Assembly (NCBI GenBank): GCA_937625935.1
Contig: OW569363.1
Span: 434,001 to 498,000 of the forward strand
Direction of reading: 5' to 3'
DNA from: Tetramitus jugosus
Taxonomy: Eukaryota; Protista; Heterolobosea
Length of the DNA: 64,000 nt
A model generated the notes under the pieces. It worked only from the letters and a program-made list of their open reading frames with translations, did no database searches and was not told the origin of the DNA. This document shows, piece after piece, positions 12,062 to 24,628 of the stretch. How positions within the stretch are numbered: the stretch's first letter is position 1; each line of letters opens with the position of its first letter. A program made the translations under genes and the position numbers.

Positions 12062-14220
12062 TTATGGATTTGCAAATTGTCGCTCCTCACAAAAGATGAG
12101 TTGATGGATCAGTGGTACGAATGCTAGTTTTTCTTCCGAACCGAGTATTTGGATAATTTGTTGTTGTAGGATATTGTCGTCATCATTTTGCTGTTGACTG
12201 TCAATGAGCTGATATACCATCAAAAATTGCTGCGCTCCTAACTTTTGCTCCATGAAGTCACGCAATGCCTCAATCCGATAGTACAAACTATCCTTCTCTG
12301 AAACATTCTTTAGTCTCAAGGTTCTGCCATTGAGTTTGAATTGTCCTCCAAGCACACCTTGCCTCATGGGTGTCGCCTGATCCGCTTCCGAAGTGAATAT
12401 ATCATCTGCGTCTTCTATCTGATCTTTCTGTTCATTTAATTTACCAATCATGTTAATGACCATGTCCTTATACTCTTGGGCGCTTACTTCAGACTTCTTC
12501 CATACTTTTCTCTTACCAGGATCTTGGAGTAAATCACGACTTGCTTCTTCACTTGGTTTTCTTTCGCTTGGATTCTCATATTCTAAACCAGATGGAGATG
12601 AAGGAGCGGATGAATCGATGCTCGGTTCATCGCCATGGAGCTGCTCCTCGGCTCTGGCTCTATTCCGTTCGCGGGCTTGTCTCATCTCCCAATATTGTTG
12701 TCGTCGATATTCTGCGAGAGGATCTTCCACTTTGTCTGCTGCCTGGTTCTGTGGAATTCTCGCAATGTGCGGTTTCCGTTCCGCTATCCGGTTTATTGGC
12801 TCATATCTATCTTTTCGCTCATGTTGCCTCTCCTCCTCCTGTTGAGCTCTCAACTTGTTTCGATAAGCTTGCAACTTTGCTTCCTCGAAAGCCTTCTTAC
12901 GTTCTGCTTCATCTCGCTGTCTTCGTCTGGCTGCTTCCTCAATTGCCTTCTTCCGTAGAGCAGCTTCTTCTTGTGCCTTCCTTCTCAATGCATCCTCTCG
13001 TATTTTCATTCGTAGAGCATGTTCTTCTTCTTGTTTTCGTTTGAAGGCTTCCTCCTTCTTCCGTCGCTGTTGGTCCTCTATTCGTCTCCCTTCCTCTATT
13101 CGCTTCTTCTTTTCTTCGATACGCTTCCTCTCCGCTAAGATCGCTTTTTGTTTCTCCTCGAGTTTAAATCGGTCGATATCTATTTGCTTATTTTCTTCTC
13201 GTTTCTTTAGAAGTAATAAAGGGGTTTCTCTGTTGTCGTTATTGACTCCCGCGTTCATGGGAAATTCCTCAGCGGCTGACTGAACATCACCCAACATTAA
13301 TTGTTTCAAACCTGCTTTAGTATCCACCAATGGATCTCCGATCCAACTATCCATCCGCTTTCGGATGTACGGATTATTTAGTACAGTGTTGATCGAGGGC
13401 CGATTCTTAGGATCTTTTTGAAGCATCCTATCGATGATGTCTCGTAATTCTTTTGAATATCGAGAGCTTACTGGTGGATAAATGCCCCGCAAAATCTTAC
13501 CTACCAAAGCTTTCATATCGTGGCCTTCAAATGCATGTTTCAATGTTACCAACTCATATAGTACACATCCCAACGCCCATACATCCGACTTGTTGTTGTA
13601 TGGTCTCTCCTGACACAACTCTGGACTCAAGTAATAAGGTGTACCAACCATTGTCCTTGCTTGTTCCATTGTATTTCTCAGCACTCGAGCTATCCCAAAA
13701 TCTCCTAGTTTAACTGTATTCTTCTTCGTCAAGAAAATATTCTGTGTTTTCAAATCTCGATGCAAAATCCTCTTGTCATGACAATACTTGACAGCCAAGC
13801 ATATTTGGATGAACCAATCTAAAATTTGCTTTAGATAGAAAGCAGAATAGAGTTAGTTTGAAATTGAAAAAGAAGTGTTTCATTTTGATAGCTATCACAT
13901 ACCTCTTCTTTAAGCAACACATTTCTCTGTGTTTGGATCTTATTGTACAAGTCCCCTCCTTCAGCATACTCCATTATAATACACAGCTTGTTTGCTTCTT
14001 GAAATGAAGTGACATAGTGAACAATGTTAGGATGCTTCAAACTACCTAGGACACGAACTTCGTTCAATGCTTCTTCCTTCTCTTTTACATTCATTGAAGA
14101 TATCACAATTTGCTTCATAATGTACTGTTGTCCATCTGTTTTCGATTGGACGAGAATGGCCTGTCCAAAGGAACCCTTCCCTACGACCTTTATTTTCGAG
14201 TAGTTGTCCAATCGATCCAT
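12062..14220 (-). CDS. NIMA-related (NEK1-like) Ser/Thr kinase with coiled-coil tail (2 exons)
   Basis: [37 protein letters not shown]. Intron 13829-13902 with a CTAAC branch site. Confidence 0.92.
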
Positions 14221-14427
14221 ATGGTCTCTCTACCTAGCTCTATCTCCCTCTTGTTCACTCAAGAAGTGGCAACTCCATCGAATTTTTTTGGCGATTCTCT
14301 GTAGGCTCGTTCAAACTCCGATGATAGCTCCTGACTTCAAACTCTGCTGTTGATACAGGTTGATGGCTTGAGCAAATAATAGACACAATGTTGAGTGAGA
14401 GGTTGGTCATGTAGTAATCATATAACT

Positions 14428-14925
14428 TTACTTTTCATCTTGTTCCTTTTCAATACCTGCGAGCTTATCGACACGAGTCGCATGTTGTGCACCAGCGAAC
14501 GGAGTAGTCAAGAATGTGTCGACCAGTTGCTTTGCAATCTCATCGCCAGTGGTTCTACCGCCAAAAGACAAGACATTGGCATCATTGTGCATGCGAGTCA
14601 TTCTCGCAGTGTACTCATCATGCACCAAACCAGCTCTAATCCCATTAAATTTATTGGCAGCAATGCTGATACCAATACCGGTACCGCACAACAAGATGCC
14701 ACCATCATATTCTTTATTTTGGATTTTCTTGCAAACATGGGAGGCAACATCAGGATAATCAACACGATCCAACGAGTACACTCCTGCATCGTAAATCTCC
14801 GCCAAGGAATTCTTGTAAGTTTCATTGAGGTATTTGACAACCTTGTCCTTGAGCTCTAATGCGGCATGGTCACAACCGATAATAATCTTGTTGAAGACAA
14901 GGGATTTGGCAGAGCTTGCTGACAT
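14428..14925 (-). CDS. rpiB: Ribose-5-phosphate isomerase B
   Basis: GCDHAA, DYPD, CGTGIGISIAANK, RMHNDANVL. Confidence 0.95.
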   Translation of the reverse strand: MSASSAKSLVFNKIIIGCDHAALELKDKVVKYLNETYKNSLAEIYDAGVYSLDRVDYPDVASHVCKKIQNKEYDGGILLCGTGIGISIAANKFNGIRAGLVHDEYTARMTRMHNDANVLSFGGRTTGDEIAKQLVDTFLTTPFAGAQHATRVDKLAGIEKEQDEK

Positions 14926-15076
14926 CTTTACTACTCTCTATGATGATACACGAAATGTGGATTTGTTGTTTTTGGTTTTTTTGGTGGTGCTTTTTGATCT
15001 TGTTTTCTTGAGCTTTTCGATAGGTATTTTTAGGAACGGTTCCTGAGCAGCATTGGGCCAAGGTGGTGGAGAACAA

Positions 15077-18049
15077 TCACAAGGCTGCCTTCTTCTTCAA
15101 GTTCTCAATAATCTTAATGTTTTGAGCTATTGTGGATCGAGATGTTGGGGTTAGAATTTCACGCGAGAGATATAGTCAAAGATTTGTGTTACTTACCATT
15201 CTTGGCCAGTGTTTGAATTGTGAATGCTGCAACCTTCCGAAGTGCATCCGACTTGCTGTTGTTTATGATTCTGAGCAAGTGTTCAACTCCCTTGTTCTTT
15301 CCTATTATGACACTATTATCGTCGTTCATTGCTAAATTTTTAATGCAGAGAGCAGCTTCTCGAACGATATTCTCATTCTGATTCGAGAGTAACTGTATCA
15401 GAGTGGGAATTACTTTCAGTTCTGATCCCAGTATTACAACATTCTTATCATTTGCTGCACAATTCTTCAAAGCACTGACTGCATTCTCCAGTACAAACTC
15501 ATTCCGCGAGTCCAATAGCTGTGACAAACACACTAACCCTTTGTCCTCCCGTATTTTTACTCTATTTTCTGCATCCAAGGTTAATGTTAGCAATGCTCCA
15601 GCTGCATTCTCTTGGACGCTATCTGATTTATCTGACAGCAACATAACCAGAGCTCTCAGCCCATTGGCTTCCCTAATAGCCACCTTGTTTTCGTCATTCC
15701 TGGCCAAGTTCCACAGAGTGGCAGCAGCGTACTCTCTGATTGATGATGAATAGTTACTCGACAACAAATTTATCAATTCTGATATTCCCCCACAATTTCG
15801 AATCTCAATCTTGTTCTCGGGTATCGTTGAACAATTCCTCAGCGTTCCCAAAGATTTCTCAACTACAGACGCAGATGGGTGCGACAGAAGATGTATTAAC
15901 TGAGGGAAAGCTCCATACTCTTTGATAACACTCTTGTTCTCCTGATCAATACTACATATCCAAAGAGTGCTTGCTACCTTTTCTAGTACTGACAGTCGCT
16001 TAGCTTTTCCAAGGAGATCGACCAACACTTGTATTCTAAACAACAGGGTGTGAGATGGATCCCCCTTTAACATATGAACAAAATGTAACTTACCCATCTA
16101 ACTCCTTCAAAGCCTTCTTATTTTGATCGTTAATGGCACAATTTCTGATAGCACCAGCAGCGTTTTCTTGAATATTTTCATTGGAAGAGTAAAGTAAATC
16201 TAGTAATGGTTTTAGACCGTGAATCCTTCGTAGAATAACTTTGATATCACCAATAGAAGCACAATTCCAAAGAGTTCCTGATGCATTCTCCACTACTGCT
16301 TCATTGCTCGATGATAATAACCGAACTAACTTTGGAACACCTTCGTTATTGAGGATGTCCTTCTTATTTTCATTCTCCACCGCACAATTCCATAACGCAC
16401 CAGTTACATTCTCTAGAACATTCTCACTTGAAGAATCAAGGAGGGTTACTAACTCCTTTATTCCTCCTAACTCTCTGATCGCCGTCTTATTCTCATTGTT
16501 GGATGCACAATTCCAAATAGCCCCTGCGGCCTTGCTCTGAATTGTATCCTTCGGATGGCTCAATACTTCAACTAGTAGTTTCAGTCCATTCACTTCTCTT
16601 ATTTTAATTTTGTTCTCGTCATTTCTTGTCAAATATCCCAGAGCAGTAGTTGCACTCTCTAGTATCGATTCGTTGGGGCTCTTTAGTAGAGCACATACTG
16701 CTTCAATCCCACCACTTTCTCTGATCAAACTCTTGTTGTTATCGTCAACTGCAACTTGCCATATTGCTATAACCGCTCTCTCTAACGACGAATCGCTCTG
16801 TGATCTCCACACAAGCTCTACCAAATGAGATATCGCTCCCATCTCACCTAAAGTCGACCTAACATCCTCATAATTGCAAAATAATGAAATACAAGAGCAA
16901 GCTTCTCCATTAAGCTCGTCATTTATCGACTTAACGAGCGCAATTATCGTTTGGAAACCTCCCTCCCTCTCTACAATCTGAATATTAGTGTCTCTTCTAC
17001 AAATCTCCTGCAATATCCGAAGAATTAGAACTTGATGATCCGGTCGTGCTTTCTTCAATAATTTGATTAAATTTGAAATTATTTTTTCCCAATACTCCTC
17101 ACAATAATACAATTGCTCTTCGATATTAGCGCAGTAGTTGTAAAATTCATTTAGAGCATCTTTTCGGCTTTGATCCGTTGCGATGTGTTGATTCTCGAGA
17201 AACCACATAAACGACTCCATTTTCTTATCAAATGATGACTCTTCAGTTTGTAGTTTGTTGAGTTGTTGGTCCGCAAGTTGATCAGATAGATATGTCAGTG
17301 CCGACTTGACACATTTCAAAGAAATGGTTGTACTTCGTTTCTGTTGTCAAAAATAATGTTAGTTAACTCCTTTCCAAAAGAAAGAAAGGTAGAATTCTCA
17401 CATTACCTTTTGTTGAAGCGATTCTATAGATTGATCAATCTTTTCTAATTCTCTTGCTAAAGTTTTCCTCGCATGTTCCTGTACCTCAACTACATTTATC
17501 ATGAATGTGAGTTGATCATCGCATTCAACAATTACCAAATTTAATAAATACTTACTTGTTTCCAACAATTCTTTTTCTTCTTGTTTCAAATCGTCTAACT
17601 TCGTTGATAGGATATCCTTTAGCTCCACACCGTCAGAACGTTGAGCATACTCTTGGTTGATTAGGTTAAATGTTCTGAATGATATACACAAAAAAGTGAG
17701 TAAAGGATTCGGTTGCTCCACAAAAACAAGTGATGATAACATACTCTGATGCAGGTATGACAATATCATCCACTCCCGATAGCACATTCAGCACATTAAA
17801 GAAAGAAAACACTATAGCCAAAGAGGTTTTATGCGTTACAACTTGAGGGTACTCTCAAAAGGAAAATTGAATTGGAGTATGAACTTACGTGTCATGTGTG
17901 GATCATCAATCTGGACATTCGTCGTTTGACTCTTGTTCTCTGATTTCCCTGACTCAAAGGTTGGCTCCTCTTCTCTATTACCACAAGATTGAGTGAGTCC
18001 ATTCCGTACGTTGAATCATTGATGTTCTATTTACTTACATTCCGTTCAT
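15077..18049 (-). CDS. Multi-exon armadillo-repeat protein (ARMC4/Vac8-like repeats)
   Basis: Many ARM repeats (ENAAGALWN-type, IRExGG) in ORFs 16090-17319 and 15189-16097, separated by GTAAG introns. Last exon ends at TGA 15077. 5' exons and the start at 18049 are tentative. Confidence 0.75.
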
Positions 18050-18317
18050 TCACAAACCAGATCAATTATTATCCTCCTTGAACTGCAAAATTTCACTAAT
18101 TTTCTGTAAATTCACATGATCAAACAGAATCTCCCTCCATTCTATCGGACTTTCCAAAACTACGAGCGAGTTGAATCGATACTGTAAATATACTATGGGA
18201 GCGGAGACTCTTGCGAATAACGGATTTTCTCTTCACGAGAACAATTGATAACTTAAGAGATTTCTATATTGACATTGTGTGATCAGGTTGCAAAAAATTT
18301 ACACTCTTTAAAGAAAC

Positions 18318-19855
18318 ATGGAACCAAGATATCCTTTTAGCTCTAGACATGATCCGTTGCAAATGATGTATGTAACTTGATGTTGAACATGGTGTTGTTG
18401 ATTCAAGAATAGAACTCAGACTACCTTCAATTATAGTCAACAGATGGCGAAAACAGAATCCATGAGAAGAATATCTGCATTGGTATGTTTCTATTGTGAT
18501 TTCATGTTTTTAGTTAGTCTCTGTTTTCACTCATGAACCTCACTCCGTTTAATGTTCTTTGCATTCATCTGAGTAGACCCTCTCTAGGTCAATGGAATCC
18601 TCTCCAACCAACCGGGGTCGAGCTACTCCTGATTTCATCAACTCTCCTGTCTCTAGAATCTCTCCTTCGAAGTTCAGAAGACCAGAAAACGAAACAGAAC
18701 GTAAGTTGTGATGATCCTTTTGTTTCATGTTTTTCCAAGACAATCTTACACCCTTTTTCTTCGACAGTGCATATGGCTCCAGCTGTTGAACAACTAACCG
18801 AATGGAAGAACCAATTTAGTGATCGATTGTTTCAAGTACAAGAAGAGATGTTGACCTTCTTGTTACAAAAAGATTTCTCTGCAGAGGAGCTGGGTATTAT
18901 GATTCGAAGCACTTTTTCAGACTTCAAGTTGAGCATCTCTGAACTATTGACGACAATGTCATTGCTCATTAAACAATTTATAAAGCGATCCAAGAAAATG
19001 TTGGAGAACTCTGACTTGTATTGGCAGACGATTGTAACTGATTTGAGCAGCCAATTGGAGCATATGACGAGAGCGAAGGCAGTGGAAGATGAGAAAAGAA
19101 AAGAATTGGAGAAGGAAGTGAAAAAGTTGAAACTGCAAATTAAGTCAATGAAGTCTCAGTACACTACTACTAAAATGAGTCCAGAGTATGCCGAACTAGC
19201 GAAACAAGCAACTGCTTCACCTAAACAAGCTCCTCATACCTCGACTCCCACTAAGAGAGGACCATCACAAGGCAAGAGCACTCCCTCTCCTAGACCAAAA
19301 TCTGGAGCCAAAGTCACTCCAAACAAGAAGGAAACTCCCAAGATAAAGACTATCAATGGACAAAACAATAAAGAACAAGAAGAGAAGAAGAAGGAAGAAG
19401 AAGCAAAAAAGAGAGCAGAAGAAGAAGAAGAGAAAAGACGACAACATGAGGAAGAAGAGGAAAGACTGAGAATCGAAGAGGAGAGAAAGAAGCAAGAAGA
19501 GATTGCAGAAGAAGAAAAAAGAAAGAAAGAAGAAGCTGAAGAAGAGAAAGAATCAACGACAGAAGCAGGGCAAGCTTCCGGTGGAACCAAACTGAGTGCT
19601 CGCGAGAGATTAGCTGCCAGAAGAGCTGGAAAATCAATTGATGGTCTGTCTTCGATTACACCTGATTCAACAACCAACTCTGGCGGTGATGAAGATTCTC
19701 CAAGTGATGCACGCAGCAGGTTTAGAGATCGCTTGAGAAGCAAGAGAACAGAATCAATGGATGTTGACTCTGATTCTTCTCAACCAGGAACACCCACAGG
19801 AAGTGAGGGATCTGCTCGCGACCGAATCAGGGAAAGACTGCGCAACAGAAAATAA
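18318..19855 (+). CDS. Hypothetical coiled-coil protein with an E/K-rich single-helix region (4 exons)
   Basis: ATG at 18318. Three GT-AG introns (starting 18368, about 18483 and 18701) splice into one open frame that joins ORF 18533-19855. No family recognised. Confidence 0.6.
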
Positions 19856-19957
19856 ACGCTTCACTGTACACTAATGTGCCTGCCTGCTGTCTCGTTCACA
19901 GAACAATTCAAAAAAATTTCACACACCCAGTAAGAATAAAAATCATAGACGATTTAT

Positions 19958-20421
19958 TTAGTTTGCCTTTGGCTTCTTCATCTTCAAGACTCTCTTAACA
20001 ATCTTTTGTTCTTCAATCAAGAAAGCACGAACAATCTTTTCTCTGACAATATCGTGAGACAAAACACCACCGTATGGTCTGGTGACGGACTTTGCAGTAC
20101 CGACAGCTCTGTGTCTTTGAGCACCGGAAAGTCTCTTAACACCTCTCAAAGCCTTACCGCCCAAGTACTTTGGGTTGGTTGCAGCCTTTGGGCTCTTGCC
20201 AGTGTATTGAACGGTCAATCTACCACCAGGGGTCTTGACACTAAAAGCAAAATCAGGAGTAAGTATCATGGTTCGACATTTGTGAATATGCATGTGACAG
20301 TAGAGGCATAGATGACACTGAAAAATAATTTTGATATTTACACTTTGACGTGGTTTGATCTAGTTCTGTAGGTCTTTCTTCTTCTGTAGTGAACGCGCTT
20401 GTCTAATCCTTGGCTAGCCAT
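19958..20421 (-). CDS. RPL34: 60S ribosomal protein L34 (2 exons)
   Basis: RVHYRRRKTYRTRSN-(intron 20241-20341)-VKTPGGRL, RPYGG, RAFLIEEQKIVKRVLK. Confidence 0.95.
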
Positions 20422-21104
20422 TGTGAAGTATATGAAATGTAGTTGTTTTTGTTATGACGACGTTTGTTGTTTTTTTCGAATTTTGTTAGTTGACCATTTT
20501 TTCGTTCGGCTTCAACCAGGAACGTTCAATGATTTCATGAAATCGGAATTTCGGTGAATTTCGCTCTTGGACTTTGATTGCTGAACATGCGAGAGAACGA
20601 ATAAGACAAGAATGAAGAGCCAGAATAGGTGATGTATCCAGGATACATTTGAAAGATATGAGACAGTGATAGCTCACATCTGAATCGTACACTGATGACC
20701 ACCAACTGAGAATGAAACATCAGCTACAGTAGCTATCAATGCGGATTGTAAGATGTGTTGAACAGACAAAGTAATTGGAATCAGACTTCTCACCAATTCT
20801 ATGTTGGAAACCAGGTTGATATTTTCATTCTTGTTGGTGGAATTTGCCAAGAAGCGGAAAAATAGAAGCACAAACCACGAGTTTTACAGAGCCCAAATGA
20901 CAAGAAACAAGATTCATTGAGGGAAAGAGAGCATCAAATGAACGGTGATATCAGAAAGAAGTACACTTCCAAAATTATTATCTCCAAGAGAAGCGATCGA
21001 AATTTTTCATTTTGCGCCAGTAAAATCTGCTTGAAACTTCAACCTAATCCGACGTTTGACATGAGTGCCAGAGAAAACAAAAATCAAAGAACAAAACAAA
21101 ACAA

Positions 21105-22898
21105 ATGGGGAATCAAGCAAGTGTCACAAACACTGGAATTACACAATCGACAGACAGTGGATTCGACTCACTCTCCCTCAGTGTCCATCCAAATATCCCA
21201 AAAGAAGAGATTACAAAATGTGAAGCGGCTGCCGCTCAATTTTATTCGTTAATTTTGGGAGAGCGCGAAGAAATTCACCCCGTCTACGAAGATGTTCGCG
21301 AAAAAGTGAAGCGCATCAAAAGTCTCATCAACGATATTTGCCGCCTACCGGAGTATCGTTCTCATTTTACAGTTCGCGACAAGAAGGACTCGCACGATGT
21401 GCCAGGGGAGCTCAAGAAAATTGTCATTGGTTTCACCAATGTGTTGGAAGATGTGTTTGACTTGGCAAACAGTCACATGTCTCTGTTTGGTTTCGGTGTA
21501 GGAGAGGACAATATCCCTCTCACGATCAAAGCAGACGATTCGATGAAAGCTCTCGTCACTGTGCTTGATCCCACCAATTCCAAAGGCCTCTACTCACCTC
21601 GTTACTACCTCATTAGAGATGAGTGCTCTGTGCTGTTGACTCACGTGTATGAACAGTTTTTGCTGTTTCGTAAGTTTATGAACAGCATCAAGACTCACGA
21701 AGACAAGATTAATGAGCAAATTAACAAGACAACGGATGCGAATGAAGCACTAAAGCTCATGAGCAAGAAGTTGTTCAATGTTTCTTCGTATTTCCTCAAT
21801 GACAGTGTCGCTCAAATCTTTTGGACGCGATACTTTGGTGAGAGGAGCTTCTCTGTGGAGAAAAAGCTGTTTCTGGAAAAGTTTAAAAGTCATCTCAAGG
21901 AGCTTCACGATCGGAATTCCAAGAAAAAGCTGAGCTTCAAGAAGGAAGAAGATGCGGAATCGGCTTCTCCAATACCTTCACCCAGAGACATTGTGTGGTG
22001 TGATGAGTTTGAGTTGTTGGTTGATCCGACGTGTGATGGCTATGTCTCTGTGAATGATTTCAAGAGCTTTCTAGGTTGGTTCGGCCCAATGGACAAGTGC
22101 TGTGTCAATGCTGAAAGTCTCATCAATGCTCCATGGTTCTATGGTAGCATGACGAGCTTTGATGCACAAGTACTGTTGGATCAACAAGAATTGGGAACCT
22201 ATGTCGTGCGGTTCAATGAAAACAAGCCTGGCTCCTTTTACATTTCGTGCACAGAGGAGAAGCTTGATGAGAATGGTGCCAACACACTGAATCAACAAAA
22301 TACGCTCCAGACTGTGAGATACACTGTGAACAAGACGGATAAACATGCATTTTACTTGTATGTGAGAGAGGAGATGGACACGATTGAGGCGTTATTGCAA
22401 CAGTATGATTTAACGTTTTCACAGGGATACGTCGACCAAGATATCAAATACAAGTCCATTATGGAGAATCGTATTCCAGGTGAGGAAAAGGACTCACAAT
22501 TATTTGAGTTTTTGCGTCAACCAACGTTCACTGGTTTGAACAGAGAACTCAGACTCTCCGATTTGAATTTTGCAACATTTAGAGGTAGAGTACCAGACAT
22601 GCCTCACATGAAAAAATCTAAACAATCCAATCTATCAAAGGCAAGGTCCAATTCCGAGAGGAAGAAGCTTTCAGCGAGAAAATCGGGTGTACCAGCCGAA
22701 ATGAGCGAACAAATTTCACTTGTTGACAAGCTGAAGAGCTCTGCTACAGAAATGATTGAAATGGTTGAGATGCAAACACCCAGAAACACAATACAGCAGC
22801 CCGCGGTCTCCACTCCTACGAGTGATACGTCTAACCAAGTGACGTCACCATCCGAAGAATCAACCTCTGTTCATGTACCATTACTCGAAGACAAGTAG
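21105..22898 (+). CDS. Putatively myristoylated EF-hand-like plus SH2 domain protein
   Basis: MGNQAS N-terminus; DPTCDGYVSVNDF EF-hand-like loop; WFYG..YVVRF..PGSFYIS SH2 signature. No kinase domain. Confidence 0.75.
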   Translation: MGNQASVTNTGITQSTDSGFDSLSLSVHPNIPKEEITKCEAAAAQFYSLILGEREEIHPVYEDVREKVKRIKSLINDICRLPEYRSHFTVRDKKDSHDVPGELKKIVIGFTNVLEDVFDLANSHMSLFGFGVGEDNIPLTIKADDSMKALVTVLDPTNSKGLYSPRYYLIRDECSVLLTHVYEQFLLFRKFMNSIKTHEDKINEQINKTTDANEALKLMSKKLFNVSSYFLNDSVAQIFWTRYFGERSFSVEKKLFLEKFKSHLKELHDRNSKKKLSFKKEEDAESASPIPSPRDIVWCDEFELLVDPTCDGYVSVNDFKSFLGWFGPMDKCCVNAESLINAPWFYGSMTSFDAQVLLDQQELGTYVVRFNENKPGSFYISCTEEKLDENGANTLNQQNTLQTVRYTVNKTDKHAFYLYVREEMDTIEALLQQYDLTFSQGYVDQDIKYKSIMENRIPGEEKDSQLFEFLRQPTFTGLNRELRLSDLNFATFRGRVPDMPHMKKSKQSNLSKARSNSERKKLSARKSGVPAEMSEQISLVDKLKSSATEMIEMVEMQTPRNTIQQPAVSTPTSDTSNQVTSPSEESTSVHVPLLEDK

Positions 22899-22951
22899 TT
22901 GTATTTTAGTTTTCTCTAATTACTTCTATTACAAACCTTGTTACCCTTTCT

Positions 22952-24484
22952 TTATTCAAAGTTGGTTATTTTGGTTGCACAACCGTTCTTATCCTTTGGA
23001 GTTGAAGAAGCATCACTCATAGGTACTTCCTTCTCCTGGACTTTCTCCGTGATTGGTGTTGGTCTCAAATAGAATCGAGCAATGAGGGGCACATGATCCG
23101 ATCCATACTTTTCTGATGGAATAGCAGTATCCTCTGTAAGTTCACTCTCCTTTGGTATCTTACTAATTTCATAGGGTGCAATATGGCTGGGGTATTGATT
23201 CTTCATTGGAGAAGTATCATCGTCTCTCAAAAGCATCATATAGTCCACTGTTCCACACCACCCATCATTGTATGTTGTGAATGGAGGCTCATTGCAATCT
23301 TTCTCCCACTCGATATCTCTCATTTGAACGGGATAGATCTCTCTGTCGAGTTGTGCATAATTTGAAAACACGCTATACCACATTGGAAAGCTCTCTTTGT
23401 TCATTTGTTCCTTAATCAAGCTGTGTACATGACTTAACCGCAGTGTGGTATCAAATATTGAGTGGTCATGCAATGAGTAATGAACTCTGTTAAGCCACCA
23501 TTCGAGGTCATGTCGATCAACAGATTTCCTTCTCTTTGCCGATTCTTTTCTTTCCAGCTGCTCTAATTCTCTTTGTTCTTGAATTGGTTCCTGTGCCTCT
23601 TCTTTGATGTCAACTGAATCTAATGCCTGATGTTTGTGAAGTTCCACAATTTCTTGAAGACTCGTGTTTTGTAAAATATCTTTTGGAAGCAAGAACTCTG
23701 ACAAGGATTGTTTCAAGGATTGGGTATCATCAGGATCAAGGTCAAGTATACATTTTCTTGTCTGTGAATTTGTTAACAGAGAGTATACCATCGAGCTCGG
23801 TACCATGTTAAAGTCTCCCATGATCACCACTGGCCAGTTTCTGTTCTTGTTTATCTCTTTAATTTCCTGCATCAGATAACACAACTGTCTTAATCGAGTG
23901 TAAGAGTAATTGAATCTCCAAAATGCGTGAGTGTTCGCAACGATGATATGGTATGCTTGTTTTGAGTCTTTTGAGTTTATATCGTCTTTCATTCTCAGAG
24001 CACAGATTTGAGCAACATTAGACTTGCACAACTCAAAGAACTTGACTCCTTTCAAATCATTCGCCAAATTTTGATACTCAACCAGTTTGTATTCAACCAT
24101 TTCAAATTTATCACTCTTGAATGCAATAGTCAACCCATAGAGCTTTAATGAGTCTTTGTGGGAGCTGACTTTCGGTTGATGTATGCAGGAGTAGCCCAAT
24201 TTATCCAGCTCATCTTCCCAGAAATCCTCGAAAAAGTCCATTTCTTGACAGCAGACGACATCTGCATTACAATCGGAGATTTCATCAAGGAGTAATTGTC
24301 TCCTGTTCTTCCAACGACCTGCAGTTTTTGAAATATACTTGAAACTGGTTCTTCGATTCATGAGCGTTTGTGCAAGTGTGTTGTAAGTCATGATCGTAAT
24401 CGATTTACAATCATTTTTGGTTGACTCATTCGTGATTGATTCAAGGGGGAGAAATTCTTTCATCTGTACTTGTGTGATATACAC
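22952..24484 (-). CDS. CCR4/nocturnin/ANGEL-like EEP-family phosphodiesterase
   Basis: MTYNTLA, CCQE, NTH, MGDFN, GTVDY, GSDHVPL. True start may be the ATG at 24463. Confidence 0.88.
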   Translation of the reverse strand: MYITQVQMKEFLPLESITNESTKNDCKSITIMTYNTLAQTLMNRRTSFKYISKTAGRWKNRRQLLLDEISDCNADVVCCQEMDFFEDFWEDELDKLGYSCIHQPKVSSHKDSLKLYGLTIAFKSDKFEMVEYKLVEYQNLANDLKGVKFFELCKSNVAQICALRMKDDINSKDSKQAYHIIVANTHAFWRFNYSYTRLRQLCYLMQEIKEINKNRNWPVVIMGDFNMVPSSMVYSLLTNSQTRKCILDLDPDDTQSLKQSLSEFLLPKDILQNTSLQEIVELHKHQALDSVDIKEEAQEPIQEQRELEQLERKESAKRRKSVDRHDLEWWLNRVHYSLHDHSIFDTTLRLSHVHSLIKEQMNKESFPMWYSVFSNYAQLDREIYPVQMRDIEWEKDCNEPPFTTYNDGWCGTVDYMMLLRDDDTSPMKNQYPSHIAPYEISKIPKESELTEDTAIPSEKYGSDHVPLIARFYLRPTPITEKVQEKEVPMSDASSTPKDKNGCATKITNFE

Positions 24485-24628
24485 TTTCTTGAATTTGTTT
24501 AGTTTGAAACAAACAAAATGGAATGCATTGCCAGAGAGATCATAACATCCCCATATTTTCGGTGCTCGTTCCTTGAAGGAGCAAAAAAAGAACTTTGCGA
24601 AAAAAGCAGTGATCGCTACCAGAGAGAC

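Noticed and set aside
20241-20341. Intronic C/D snoRNA in RPL34
   Set aside because: A CTGA lies near the 3' end, but there is no RTGATGA C box at the 5' end; the CTGA may be the branch site.
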